This document shows, piece after piece, positions 10,267-19,519 of a stretch of 64,000 nt of DNA (positions are counted from its first letter, which is position 1; the number at the start of each line of letters is the position of its first letter). This DNA is from a virus, in the IMG/VR virus record IMGVR_UViG_3300022074_000002; one strand, written 5' to 3'. The translations under genes and the position numbers were made by a program. Below the pieces are notes generated by a model. The model searched no databases. It was given only the letters and a program-made list of their open reading frames with translations, and was not told where the DNA came from.

Positions 10267-10308
10267 ATGCTTAAATATAAGTAGAGTAAAAAAATCCATG
10301 GACGATTA

Positions 10309-10497
10309 TTGGCAATGAATCAATCATCTGTTATACTATTGTTATGCTTATCACCGTTACTGGTGATATTTCTTGTAATTAAAATTTCACTGTGGATTAC
10401 TGAAACCATGAGATTTAGTTCAGAAACAGATAAACTAAAACGAATGCAACACGGACCTTACATCGTCTGGGACGAGGAGGATGATCTAGATGAATAA
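10309..10497 (+). CDS. Hypothetical single-TM protein
   Basis: Hydrophobic segment, acidic tail; follows TAAATA at 10272; start may be ATG 10315. Confidence 0.6.
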   Translation: MAMNQSSVILLLCLSPLLVIFLVIKISLWITETMRFSSETDKLKRMQHGPYIVWDEEDDLDE

Positions 10498-10846
10498 CAA
10501 AATTAAACACTACCTAAAAACTAACGACATGTTATCTCAATACGGAAGAAACCTAATTTCTCAAGACAACAAAGTAAAAAAAGCATACGAAAAACCATTC
10601 TTTAAGACCAAGAAACAAACTATGGTTAGTAAAGAAGAAGTTGAAGATATGATTGAGTTTGCTATCAACCAACACAATAGAAACGCTGGTCTAATTAGTA
10701 TGGCACTAGGGTTTGCATTTATTGCCTTGTTTGCTGATGGTCTATTCAGAGTGTTAGGTTTAATACCTCCGTTTATGGGTATTGATGTGAGTGTCGTACA
10801 AGACGTAGTAGATAAACTAAAAGACGAAGTGCTAAGACAAACATAA
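10490..10846 (+). CDS. Hypothetical membrane protein
   Basis: Hydrophobic stretch GLISMALGFAFIALF...; coupled overlap with upstream ORF. Confidence 0.65.
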   Translation: MNNKIKHYLKTNDMLSQYGRNLISQDNKVKKAYEKPFFKTKKQTMVSKEEVEDMIEFAINQHNRNAGLISMALGFAFIALFADGLFRVLGLIPPFMGIDVSVVQDVVDKLKDEVLRQT

Positions 10847-10849
10847 ATA
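10843..10849 (+). promoter_or_regulatory. Late promoter (ATAAATA)
   Basis: TAAATA overlapping the upstream stop codon, just before g3. Confidence 0.6.
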
Positions 10850-10870
10850 CTAAGTAGTCGAGATATTAAC

Positions 10871-11401
10871 ATGCCTTTAGGCGGAGCAGATTGGTATAAA
10901 GAACAACCAACCAATAGAAACTTTTTAAACCCTATTGGTTTTATCCTCAAACTAGAAAAGTTTGAAGGTGTAGATTTCTTTTGTCAATCAGCAAACCTTC
11001 CTGATATCAACATGCCTAGTACTCAGGTAGCAAGTCAATTTAGAAACTTGCCTATTATACCTGGTGGAGGAGTAGAGTTTGGTGATCTTTCAGTGACCTT
11101 TATTGTAGATGAAGATCTAAAGAACTACAACAGTATATACAAATGGATGCGTGACAATGGTAATGCGGATCAGATGGCGAGAGAGACACCAGAGGAAGAT
11201 ATATTTACTAATGGTCAATTACTGATAACCACCAGTGCATTCAACCCTGCATTTGTAGTAGACTATCAGAATTTATTCCCTGTAGCACTGACAAATTTGC
11301 AATTTGATGCTACAATAGGAGATGTAGAGTACATTACTGCACAGGTTACATTTAAACATCAGCAGTTCTTCCTACGTGATAAAACATTTAAGAAAATATG
11401 A
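10871..11401 (+). CDS. g3: Tail completion / sheath stabiliser (gp3-like)
   Basis: NRNFLNPIGF, FFCQSANLP, FIVDEDLKNY motifs; synteny g23-g3-uvsY. Confidence 0.85.
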   Translation: MPLGGADWYKEQPTNRNFLNPIGFILKLEKFEGVDFFCQSANLPDINMPSTQVASQFRNLPIIPGGGVEFGDLSVTFIVDEDLKNYNSIYKWMRDNGNADQMARETPEEDIFTNGQLLITTSAFNPAFVVDYQNLFPVALTNLQFDATIGDVEYITAQVTFKHQQFFLRDKTFKKI

Positions 11402-11871
11402 ATTTTGATTCTCTTCATAATAAATTTCAAAAACTTAGAGAAGAATGGGCAGAAGATAGTCATGTAGACTTTCAATTTAAGAACAAACAATATAGTGCTG
11501 ACTTAGGACAACTCGCATTAGACATACCTTTCCAACACAATAAATACTTAAACCATTACACTGACATATCTCAAATAAAAACTTCTCTAGAGTTTGAAAT
11601 TCGTAAATTAGTAAAGGACAAACGTGAATACTATTCTGGTGAAGCAGATGCTAAGACGTATGCTGCTAAACCATTTGGATCACATATAAAGACAACTGAA
11701 AAGATGAAGGTCTACATAGAGTCTGATGATGAGATCATCAATCTAGAAGCAAAGATCAAGTATCTAGAACAGATGATGTACTTTCTAGATCATGTTATGA
11801 AGCAAATATCAAATAGAGGTTTTCAAGTAAAGAGTGCCATTGAGTGGGAGAAATTTGTTAATGGACAATAA
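11398..11871 (+). CDS. uvsY: Recombination mediator UvsY
   Basis: EYYSGEA, RGFQVKSAIEWEKF; position before uvsW. Confidence 0.88.
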   Translation: MNFDSLHNKFQKLREEWAEDSHVDFQFKNKQYSADLGQLALDIPFQHNKYLNHYTDISQIKTSLEFEIRKLVKDKREYYSGEADAKTYAAKPFGSHIKTTEKMKVYIESDDEIINLEAKIKYLEQMMYFLDHVMKQISNRGFQVKSAIEWEKFVNGQ

Positions 11872-13334
11872 TGACACATCTTACAGTAAAGAAAAAGAAT
11901 GAAGTTTATATAACTATTCATTCTAATGAAGAGTACGTCCATAGAGAATTAGCGGACTACTTCACATTTGAAGTTCCAGAAGCAAAATTTTTAAAAAGAA
12001 ATCCCAGATACAAATATTGGGATGGAACTATACGTCTATACTCCCCTGCTACAGGAGATTTGTATCATGGGTTGTTAGATCATCTACAGGTATGGGCAGC
12101 AGAGAAACAATATATTGTAGAGTATGAAAAGAATGATTGGTATGGAGATCTAAGTCAGGATAATAAACTAGTCTCATTACCAGCAGTAAAACAATACATG
12201 AAAAAAATCTCTAAGATAGAACCTAGAGATTATCAATACAATGCGGTGTATGAAGCTTTAAAATATAATCGTAAGTTACTTCTTTCTCCTACGGGTTCTG
12301 GGAAGTCTCTTATGATCTACTCCATAGTCAGATACTATGCTGCCACCGCAAAGAAGATACTTATAGTCGTCCCAACTACATCCCTCGTTGAGCAGATGGT
12401 CAATGATTTTATTTCTTACGGGTGGAGTGCTGACAACTTTGTACATAAAATTTATTCTGGTAAAGATAAGAATACTGACAAACCTATTATAATATCAACT
12501 TGGCAATCTATCTACAAATTTCCTAAAAGATATTTTGATGATATAGATTGTGTGATTGGTGATGAAGCACATCTCTTTAAGTCAAAGTCATTGACAGGTA
12601 TCATGACTAAGTTACACAATGCCAAGTATAGGTTTGGTTTTACTGGTACTCTAGATGGGAGTAAGACTCACAAGTGGGTACTAGAAGGTTTGTTTGGCAA
12701 GTGTGAACAAGTAACTAAAACAGATGATCTAATCAAGGAAGGTTACCTTTCTAATTTTAGGATAAAAATCCTACTTTGTAAACATGCTCCGCAATATTTT
12801 GAATCATATCAAGATGAGATAGAATATCTTGTGGAGCATAAAGGTAGAAATAACCTCATAAAAAATCTAGTCAAAGATCTAGATGGTAACACCCTAGTAC
12901 TATTTAACTACGTAGAAAAACATGGTACACCATTATACGAACTAATAAATAGTAATGTAGACTCCGCACGTAAAGTATTTTTTGTGCATGGAGGAACTGA
13001 CGTAGAAGATCGAGAAGAAGTACGCAATCTTACAGAGACGGAATCTAATGCAATTATCGTTGCCTCTTACGGCACCTTCTCAACTGGAATTAACATTAAG
13101 CGTCTTCACAACATCGTGTTCGCTTCACCATCAAAGTCCAGAATTAGAAACCTACAATCAATTGGTAGAGTTCTTAGAAAAGGAGAAGGTAAGGACATAG
13201 CAACGTTGTATGACATTGCAGATGACATTGGTGGACAGAACTATACGCTGAAGCATTTGAATGAAAGAGTAAACATATACAATACTGAAAATTTTAAGTA
13301 TGAAGTTATAAGAGTAAACCTTAGAGCAAACTAA
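11871..13334 (+). CDS. uvsW: SF2 helicase UvsW
   Basis: PTGSGKS, DEAH, GFTGT, QSIGRVLR motifs. Confidence 0.96.
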   Translation: MTHLTVKKKNEVYITIHSNEEYVHRELADYFTFEVPEAKFLKRNPRYKYWDGTIRLYSPATGDLYHGLLDHLQVWAAEKQYIVEYEKNDWYGDLSQDNKLVSLPAVKQYMKKISKIEPRDYQYNAVYEALKYNRKLLLSPTGSGKSLMIYSIVRYYAATAKKILIVVPTTSLVEQMVNDFISYGWSADNFVHKIYSGKDKNTDKPIIISTWQSIYKFPKRYFDDIDCVIGDEAHLFKSKSLTGIMTKLHNAKYRFGFTGTLDGSKTHKWVLEGLFGKCEQVTKTDDLIKEGYLSNFRIKILLCKHAPQYFESYQDEIEYLVEHKGRNNLIKNLVKDLDGNTLVLFNYVEKHGTPLYELINSNVDSARKVFFVHGGTDVEDREEVRNLTETESNAIIVASYGTFSTGINIKRLHNIVFASPSKSRIRNLQSIGRVLRKGEGKDIATLYDIADDIGGQNYTLKHLNERVNIYNTENFKYEVIRVNLRAN

Positions 13335-13335
13335 T

Positions 13336-13737
13336 ATGAAAGACGAAGAATTTTATTCAACAATAAAAATCGTAACTGGTGAAGAGATAGTAGCAAAGGT
13401 TATCTATCTTGAGGATGAAGATAAGGTTATGTTAGAGGATCCACTTCTAGTAGAAGTACAGAGGTCAAGGAAGGGTGCATTAGAAATTGCTGGTTTTGCA
13501 TTCAAGGAATGGATGTCGGCGACGTTTGAAGACTTGTATGTTATGAATCGAGAACATATAGTAACAATGTCTGAAGTAGATCCTTCTATAAAAGAATTTT
13601 ATGTAAAGACATTAGAAAGAATAAAGAGTGGTAAAACCTTAGCAAACACTGCAGACAAGTTACCTAGGAAGTCAGGCTATGTCGGGTCAGTCTCTAAATT
13701 CAAGAAGTCTTTAGAGGATATTTTTAAAAAGAGCTAA
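13336..13737 (+). CDS. Hypothetical protein, Sm-like fold candidate
   Basis: IKIVTGEEIVAK...LEDPL...KEWM pattern shared with the three ORFs at 29239-30167. Confidence 0.7.
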   Translation: MKDEEFYSTIKIVTGEEIVAKVIYLEDEDKVMLEDPLLVEVQRSRKGALEIAGFAFKEWMSATFEDLYVMNREHIVTMSEVDPSIKEFYVKTLERIKSGKTLANTADKLPRKSGYVGSVSKFKKSLEDIFKKS

Positions 13738-13764
13738 GATCAACCTTAAACCCGCTACACGGTT

Positions 13765-13793
13765 AGTGTACTGGTTATCTAACAGTTTGTCAA
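13765..13793 (-). promoter_or_regulatory. Sigma70-type promoter on the minus strand (antisense)
   Basis: Minus strand reads TTGACA-N17-TACACT; no minus-strand gene downstream. Confidence 0.65.
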
Positions 13794-13798
13794 GTACC

Positions 13799-13827
13799 TT
13801 TACAAAACTCCTTTCATTTGCTATACT
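13799..13827 (+). promoter_or_regulatory. Sigma70-type promoter for g55
   Basis: TTTACA-N17-TATACT with extended -10 TGn. Confidence 0.8.
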
Positions 13828-13849
13828 AAAGACATCATTCAACGCAGTA

Positions 13850-14341
13850 ATGAAAAGAAAAAAAACCGAGTACTATGTAAACAACAAAGAATTTCTCGCT
13901 GCGATCACTGTTTATCGTCAGAAAGTTCATGCTGCCGAAGAAGCGGGAGAAGCAAGACCCAGAGTTACGAATTACTTAGGGTCTTGTTTTTTAAAGATCG
14001 CAACGCATCTCTCATACAAACCAAACTTTGTAAACTATATGTTTAGAGAGGATATGATTTGTGATGGAATAGAAAACTGCTTGCAGTACATAGACAACTT
14101 TGATCCCGAAAAATCAAAGAATCCTTTTGCTTATTTCACACAGATTATATACTATGCTTTTTTAAGACGTATACAAAAGGAAAAGAAACAATTAGAAATC
14201 AAAGGAAAGATACTGGAAAGGTCTGGATTTGATGAGGTAATGCACACTGACAGATATACTGGTAATATGTCAGGTATGAATGCTTCTTATTCTGATATGG
14301 GTAGCATCAAAGAAAACATTGAGACCAAAATGAATCGCTAA
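13850..14341 (+). CDS. g55: Late-transcription sigma factor (gp55)
   Basis: YVNNKEFL, KPNFVNY, EDMICDGIENC, NPFAYFTQI; start set at ATG 13850 downstream of the promoter. Confidence 0.96.
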   Translation: MKRKKTEYYVNNKEFLAAITVYRQKVHAAEEAGEARPRVTNYLGSCFLKIATHLSYKPNFVNYMFREDMICDGIENCLQYIDNFDPEKSKNPFAYFTQIIYYAFLRRIQKEKKQLEIKGKILERSGFDEVMHTDRYTGNMSGMNASYSDMGSIKENIETKMNR

Positions 14342-14496
14342 TGCCTAACGACTTATATGATGATATGCGTAGACTGAACGCACTTTATGAAGAACTAATG
14401 TGGAGTCACGATGATGATCTACAATTTATGATTGAAAACGGACGCATCGTTATTTTAAATAGAACACATGAAGAGTATATTAAGAAAACACACTAG
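14341..14496 (+). CDS. Small hypothetical protein (51 aa, below ORF-track cutoff)
   Basis: MPNDLYDDMRRLNALYEELMWSHDDDLQF...; TAATG coupling to g55 stop. Confidence 0.6.
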   Translation: MPNDLYDDMRRLNALYEELMWSHDDDLQFMIENGRIVILNRTHEEYIKKTH

Positions 14497-14509
14497 ACAA
14501 GTCGAGAGA

Positions 14510-14626
14510 ATGAATCGCTTTGAACGTAGACTTGCTGTCTCAAGAAAACTCAGAGAGATGTTTCCAGACTATCGTGGAGTCTATAAATTTACTGAATACC
14601 AGTTTATTGATTATGAAAGAATTTAA
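14510..14626 (+). CDS. Small hypothetical protein (38 aa)
   Basis: MNRFERRLAVSRKLREMFPDYRGVYKFTEYQFIDYERI*; GAGAG upstream; fills the gap. Confidence 0.45.
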   Translation: MNRFERRLAVSRKLREMFPDYRGVYKFTEYQFIDYERI

Positions 14627-15077
14627 TTATGAACTCGATTACAAGAGACTTGATTTTACAAACGAGGAGACTCGTAAACTATATCGTATTGGAAGAGGGG
14701 AGCAAGGGGTTCTACTGGTTCGCCCTTATACTAACGATATATGTGCTCATTGGAAATTCAAAACTCCACATGATGCAATAATTTCTAGTCATGAAATTTA
14801 TGGCATGTATGTAGAATATCAAAAGGATCAAGATTTTATTGGTATGGATATGTGTCGTAAATTTCTAGAGATGGGATTTACTAGATCAAGAAGATATGCA
14901 AATCACAACTCAGGCAGAAAGTATAAGAAAGGAACTAAGGAGGTTCTACCTCAAGAAACAGATCATGCTACAAGTAAATATGCTGAGTCAGCAAAAATAT
15001 TTAAAAGAGTTCGTGATGTTGTTGCAAAATCCGAAACATATGTTACAATGAGAAAAGACTGGAGATCATCAGAATGA
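14613..15077 (+). CDS. DUF4385-like protein
   Basis: YRIGRGEQGVLLVRPY and MDMCRKFLEMGFTRSRRYANH motifs (family from memory); start set at MKEF. Confidence 0.75.
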   Translation: MKEFNYELDYKRLDFTNEETRKLYRIGRGEQGVLLVRPYTNDICAHWKFKTPHDAIISSHEIYGMYVEYQKDQDFIGMDMCRKFLEMGFTRSRRYANHNSGRKYKKGTKEVLPQETDHATSKYAESAKIFKRVRDVVAKSETYVTMRKDWRSSE

Positions 15078-15592
15078 ATATCTTTGTTACAGATCCATCA
15101 CCAACTACATCCGCTAGACATCTACCTGACAAACACGTTGTCAAGATGCCTCTAGAAACTTGTCAGATGCTTTCTATTGTTTGCTCTGACAAGTGGGGTC
15201 ACAATTACGGTGATCTACATCGTCTTGATGGTCAAGCATACAAGACAGACAAGGGTGCATTTCGTAATCATCCTTGCACTATATGGGCAAACTCTTGCCT
15301 AGAAAATACATGGTGGTTACTTGCACATGGTCTTGCTCTTTGCAACGAGTACGAGCATCGCTATGGCAAGTCACATAGTTGTGAGAAGACATTGATAGAA
15401 GCAACAACTATCATACCTTCTGCACCTAGTCCATACAAACCATCATCATTTACATTTGCAGGTCCTGACGAGTTCAAGTACGATACAAGTATTGACATCT
15501 TCACTGCATACAAACGCTATGTTGCATCTAAACCTTGGGTTCCTACGAACTATCTTCGTGACCCATCTCGCAAACCAGATTGGATAAATTAA
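15074..15592 (+). CDS. Pyrimidine-dimer DNA glycosylase/DenV-like protein
   Basis: MNIFVTDP...LPDKHVVKMPLETCQMLS, HPCTIW, EYEHRYGKSH motifs. Confidence 0.72.
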   Translation: MNIFVTDPSPTTSARHLPDKHVVKMPLETCQMLSIVCSDKWGHNYGDLHRLDGQAYKTDKGAFRNHPCTIWANSCLENTWWLLAHGLALCNEYEHRYGKSHSCEKTLIEATTIIPSAPSPYKPSSFTFAGPDEFKYDTSIDIFTAYKRYVASKPWVPTNYLRDPSRKPDWIN

Positions 15593-15828
15593 TGGGAACA
15601 GAAATGTTAGCTATAAGAGATCTATTGCTGTCTTGTCCACCAGTGTATACTTTACCTGGTACATGGACTAAATGCAACGCACTAATTCCACACTACAATG
15701 CAGATCCTAATTTCACATTAGGTATATCAATAGCAGTTATCACTATATTGTTAGCAGGATATGGTGTGTATAAAGGATTTTTTGCAAACAAAAATTTAAC
15801 AGATCCATGGGACGATCATGACGACTAA
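15580..15828 (+). CDS. psbN: PsbN-like membrane protein with N-terminal extension
   Basis: TM helix followed by GYGVYKGF...LTDPWDDHDD, matching the PsbN C-terminus G(Y/F)xxYxAFG...LxDPFEEHED; start may be 15592. Confidence 0.6.
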   Translation: MDKLMGTEMLAIRDLLLSCPPVYTLPGTWTKCNALIPHYNADPNFTLGISIAVITILLAGYGVYKGFFANKNLTDPWDDHDD

Positions 15829-16031
15829 TGTATCATAATAATTTTTTTACTGAGGAACAGTGGGAATGTATTAGAGTGTGTGTAGCAAACGCACCTATAC
15901 CTTATGACATTACTAAGAAAAAGATTCCTGCTGAGATCTTAGATAAGATAGGTCAACCTAATAAAATAAAACATGAAGGTATTGAAAAAGTAAAATACGA
16001 TCTAACACCATACGGAATACATGAGAGTTGA
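15828..16031 (+). CDS. Hypothetical protein
   Basis: TAATG-coupled ORF. Confidence 0.6.
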   Translation: MYHNNFFTEEQWECIRVCVANAPIPYDITKKKIPAEILDKIGQPNKIKHEGIEKVKYDLTPYGIHES

Positions 16032-16200
16032 TAGACATAGAGACATTGCTGATGACCTTGAAGCAGAACTTCTATCTGAATTAGAAGGTATCACTAAACA
16101 ACTACGTGGCAATATGACACGACTAACCAGAGCAACATCTACTGGAAGATCATCCAAAGTTATTGAAATTGAGTATGAAATTAACGAAAGAACTAATTGA
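16021..16200 (+). CDS. Hypothetical protein (59 aa, below cutoff)
   Basis: MRVDRHRDIADDLEAELLSELEG...KVIEIEYEINERTN*; fills the gap between neighbours. Confidence 0.6.
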   Translation: MRVDRHRDIADDLEAELLSELEGITKQLRGNMTRLTRATSTGRSSKVIEIEYEINERTN

Positions 16201-16435
16201 CCAGATACAGGAAGCAATGCTTCATACCAAGAAAGATGGTAGTATCAACTGGAAAGATGAAGATGATGTGGTAGTACAGTTAGCAGGAACATTTGCTGCT
16301 GATAGATTCATTGTTATCAAAAACAAATCTAAAAGTCCTGTTGTAAGTGCTGAACCACATCCTTATTTTGATTATGAAAAGAAGGTGTTTACTAAAGATG
16401 GTAGAGAAGAATATATGAAAGAGCAAAAGAAATGA
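16175..16435 (+). CDS. Hypothetical protein
   Basis: MKLTKELIDQIQEAM...LAGTFAADRFIVIKN; ATGA overlap with g47. Confidence 0.7.
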   Translation: MKLTKELIDQIQEAMLHTKKDGSINWKDEDDVVVQLAGTFAADRFIVIKNKSKSPVVSAEPHPYFDYEKKVFTKDGREEYMKEQKK

Positions 16436-17472
16436 AGATAGCAATTATAACAGATCAACATTTAGATGGACGTAAGGGTTCTCTTCCGTTCTGGAATTTC
16501 TTTCAAAAATTTTATGATAACATATTTTTTCCAGTTCTTGAGAAAGAAGGTATCACAACGGTATTTGACCTTGGCGACACCTTTGATAATAGAAAGTCTC
16601 TGGATTATAATACTTTTAACAGAGTTAAGACTAATTACTTCGAGAGGTTAAAAGATTATAACGTACATATGATTCTTGGTAATCATTGTACTTACTATAA
16701 AAATACTAATAGGATAAATTCTCCTGAGTTATTATTAGAAAACTATGAGAATATAACCATCTATTCTTCACCAGAACATATAACTGTTGGTGGTAAAAAT
16801 TTTCTTATGATGCCTTGGATTAATTCTGAGAATAAGAAAGAAGCAGTAGAAACTATGAAGAGTAGTAATGCTGACATCATGTGTAGTCACATGGAAGTTG
16901 ATGGTTTTGAAGTTACACCAGGCATGCATTTTGATGGTGGATTTTCTGTTAGTGATTTTAAAAACTTTGATCGTGTATGGTCAGGACATTTCCATCACAA
17001 ATCAAAAAGAGGTAATGTACAATACCTTGGAAATCCTTATCAGATGTATTGGAATGATTACAAAGATTCTCGTGGATTTCATATCTATGATACTGAAACT
17101 GATAGACTTAAATTTGTCAGAAATCCTTACGAAATATTTGACAAGATCTTCTACGATGATGCCAAATATGACTACAACAAATCAAATGTATCTGATTATA
17201 AAGACAAGTACATCAAGATTATTGTTGAAGAAAAACGTGACTACCAAATGTTCGAGACATTGGTTGATCGCCTTTACAACGTAGGAGCACATGATGTTAA
17301 GATAGTGGAAACCCTAGTTGACACAGATGACATTGATGATGTAGACTTAAAGACTAAGGATACAATGACTCTCTTGAATGAATATATTGACGAGGTGGAT
17401 ATCGCTGTAGACAAATCTTCACTCAAGAATGTCATGAGATCCCTATATATTGAAAGTTGTAACGTTGGATAA
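16432..17472 (+). CDS. g47: Recombination nuclease gp47 (Mre11/SbcD-like)
   Basis: ITDQH, DLGD, GNH, SGHFH metallophosphoesterase motifs. Confidence 0.95.
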   Translation: MKIAIITDQHLDGRKGSLPFWNFFQKFYDNIFFPVLEKEGITTVFDLGDTFDNRKSLDYNTFNRVKTNYFERLKDYNVHMILGNHCTYYKNTNRINSPELLLENYENITIYSSPEHITVGGKNFLMMPWINSENKKEAVETMKSSNADIMCSHMEVDGFEVTPGMHFDGGFSVSDFKNFDRVWSGHFHHKSKRGNVQYLGNPYQMYWNDYKDSRGFHIYDTETDRLKFVRNPYEIFDKIFYDDAKYDYNKSNVSDYKDKYIKIIVEEKRDYQMFETLVDRLYNVGAHDVKIVETLVDTDDIDDVDLKTKDTMTLLNEYIDEVDIAVDKSSLKNVMRSLYIESCNVG

Positions 17473-17735
17473 TGTATGTACTTACACTGGAAAACCATGC
17501 AGAAGGAGTCTATTCTTTGTTTGATGCAGATAAGAATAGAGTCGTTCCCATATTTCAATTAGAAGATGATGCAAATAGATATCTTACAATGTTAGAAAAT
17601 ATATCAGAATATCCTTCCATGAGGGTTGTGGAAATGGAAGATCATGTTATAATAGGAGCATGTCAAGATCGTGGACAAAAATTTTCCATCATCACACCTG
17701 ACGATTTTATAATACCACCTGACGATTTAGAATGA
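17472..17735 (+). CDS. Hypothetical protein between g47 and g46
   Basis: Coupled overlaps at both ends. Confidence 0.7.
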   Translation: MYVLTLENHAEGVYSLFDADKNRVVPIFQLEDDANRYLTMLENISEYPSMRVVEMEDHVIIGACQDRGQKFSIITPDDFIIPPDDLE

Positions 17736-19477
17736 TAGTTTTTGAAAAAATCCGTTGGAAGAATTTTCTCTCAACTGGAAATGTTTTTAGTGAGATTGAC
17801 TTTACAGAAGGAAGAACAAATTTAATCGTTGGTAGTAACGGTGCGGGTAAGAGTACCATCTTGGATGCTCTTACTTTTTCTTTGTTTGCTAGACCGTTTC
17901 GTAAAATTAGTAAGAGTATGTTGATCAATAGTATCAACGAAAAGGATTGTACAGTAGAGATAGAATTTTCTATTGGTAAGAATGAATATAAAGTTGTTCG
18001 TGCCATGAAACCAAATAAGTTTGAGATCTATCATAATGGTGTGTTATGGGATAAGGAGAGTTCTGTAAACGAACAACAAAAGAATTTTGAGAACAGTGTT
18101 CTTAAGATGAACTACAAATCATTTACACAGATTGTGGTACTAGGATCATCTACGTTCGTACCATTTATGAAGTTGTCTGTACCACAGAGACGAGAGATCA
18201 TAGAAGATATACTAGACATACAAGTATTCTCTACTATGAATTTGTTACTAAAAGACAGAGTGAAAGAGAACAATGTAGAGATACGTGATGTAGATTATCA
18301 AATAGATTTATTAAAAGATAAGATAGAGTTGCAGAAGCAGCACATGTTAACTTTAGAAAAGAGAACTGAAGAAGATATCAAGAAGAGACAAAAGCAAATA
18401 GAAGAATTTCAAACAACAGAGACGTGTGGTACAGAAGAAGTTTTGATTCTAACACAACAAATCGAAAGACTTAATAAAGAAATGAAAGAGTATTCTAAGT
18501 CCAGTGAGAAGTTGAAGAAGTTGAACACGTTTTTAATAAAGTTGACACATAAGTTGAACACATGCGAGAAAGATCGTAAGTTCTTTGAAGACCATGATGT
18601 TTGTCCTACTTGTTCTCAAGAACTAGAAAAAGAATTTGTTGCTACTATGACAAATGATTTGGATGATAAGATAAAAGACATCAGTTTTGGTAAAGACGAA
18701 CTACTAGAAGCAATAGAACAAGAAGAAAATAGATTAGAAAAATTTACTGAGTTGTCAACTGAAGTAAACAATATCAATACAACTATTAGTCAGACTAATT
18801 TTCAACTCATGACTATCAGGAAACAAATAACTGATATTGAAAAAGAGATAAAGGAATTGGAAGGAACTAATCCTGACAAAAAAGCAGAGTACAATAAATT
18901 AGAAACATTTATAAAAGATAAAAAGAATTTCTCTAGACAATATTCTGATCTAAAGAAAGATGGTGATGTCCTGACAACAGCAGGACAACTACTTAAGGAC
19001 AATGGGATAAAGACTAGGATTATCAAGACTTATCTCCCTACAATGAATAAGTTAATTAACGATTTCTTACAAAGGATGGAGTTTTATGTCAATTTTACCC
19101 TTGATGAGAACTTTGAAGAAATAATTAAGAGTAGATACAGGGATATATTTTCATATGATTCGTTCTCAGAAGGAGAAAAAGCTCGCATTGATATTGCTCT
19201 TCTGCTCACTTGGCGTAGTATTGCTAAGCTTAAGAATAGCGTCGATACTAATTTACTTATCTTAGATGAGATATTTGATGGATCACTAGATCAAACTGGT
19301 ACATCTGATCTAGGATGGATCCTGAGAAATTTTGATGAGAACACAAAAGTTTATGTAATTAGTCATAAACAGAATTTAGATGATAAGTTTGATAGAACTA
19401 TAACAGTAGAGAAGAATAAAAACTATTCTACACTGGGTGTGACAGTTAACGAAGTTACACACTCACTGGTTGGGTAG
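17732..19477 (+). CDS. g46: Recombination ATPase gp46 (Rad50/SbcC-like)
   Basis: GSNGAGKST, CPTC zinc hook, FSEGEK signature, LILDE, coiled coil. Confidence 0.96.
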   Translation: MIVFEKIRWKNFLSTGNVFSEIDFTEGRTNLIVGSNGAGKSTILDALTFSLFARPFRKISKSMLINSINEKDCTVEIEFSIGKNEYKVVRAMKPNKFEIYHNGVLWDKESSVNEQQKNFENSVLKMNYKSFTQIVVLGSSTFVPFMKLSVPQRREIIEDILDIQVFSTMNLLLKDRVKENNVEIRDVDYQIDLLKDKIELQKQHMLTLEKRTEEDIKKRQKQIEEFQTTETCGTEEVLILTQQIERLNKEMKEYSKSSEKLKKLNTFLIKLTHKLNTCEKDRKFFEDHDVCPTCSQELEKEFVATMTNDLDDKIKDISFGKDELLEAIEQEENRLEKFTELSTEVNNINTTISQTNFQLMTIRKQITDIEKEIKELEGTNPDKKAEYNKLETFIKDKKNFSRQYSDLKKDGDVLTTAGQLLKDNGIKTRIIKTYLPTMNKLINDFLQRMEFYVNFTLDENFEEIIKSRYRDIFSYDSFSEGEKARIDIALLLTWRSIAKLKNSVDTNLLILDEIFDGSLDQTGTSDLGWILRNFDENTKVYVISHKQNLDDKFDRTITVEKNKNYSTLGVTVNEVTHSLVG

Positions 19478-19496
19478 CAAAAATATCTGTTATCAT
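19438..19496 (+). promoter_or_regulatory. Candidate early promoter: dyad motif plus extended -10
   Basis: GTGTGACAGTTAACGAAGTTACAC dyad; TGtTATCAT -10 hexamer starts 48 nt after CAGTTAAC. Confidence 0.55.
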
Positions 19497-19519
19497 GTGT
19501 ATATACAAAGCACAGGCAC

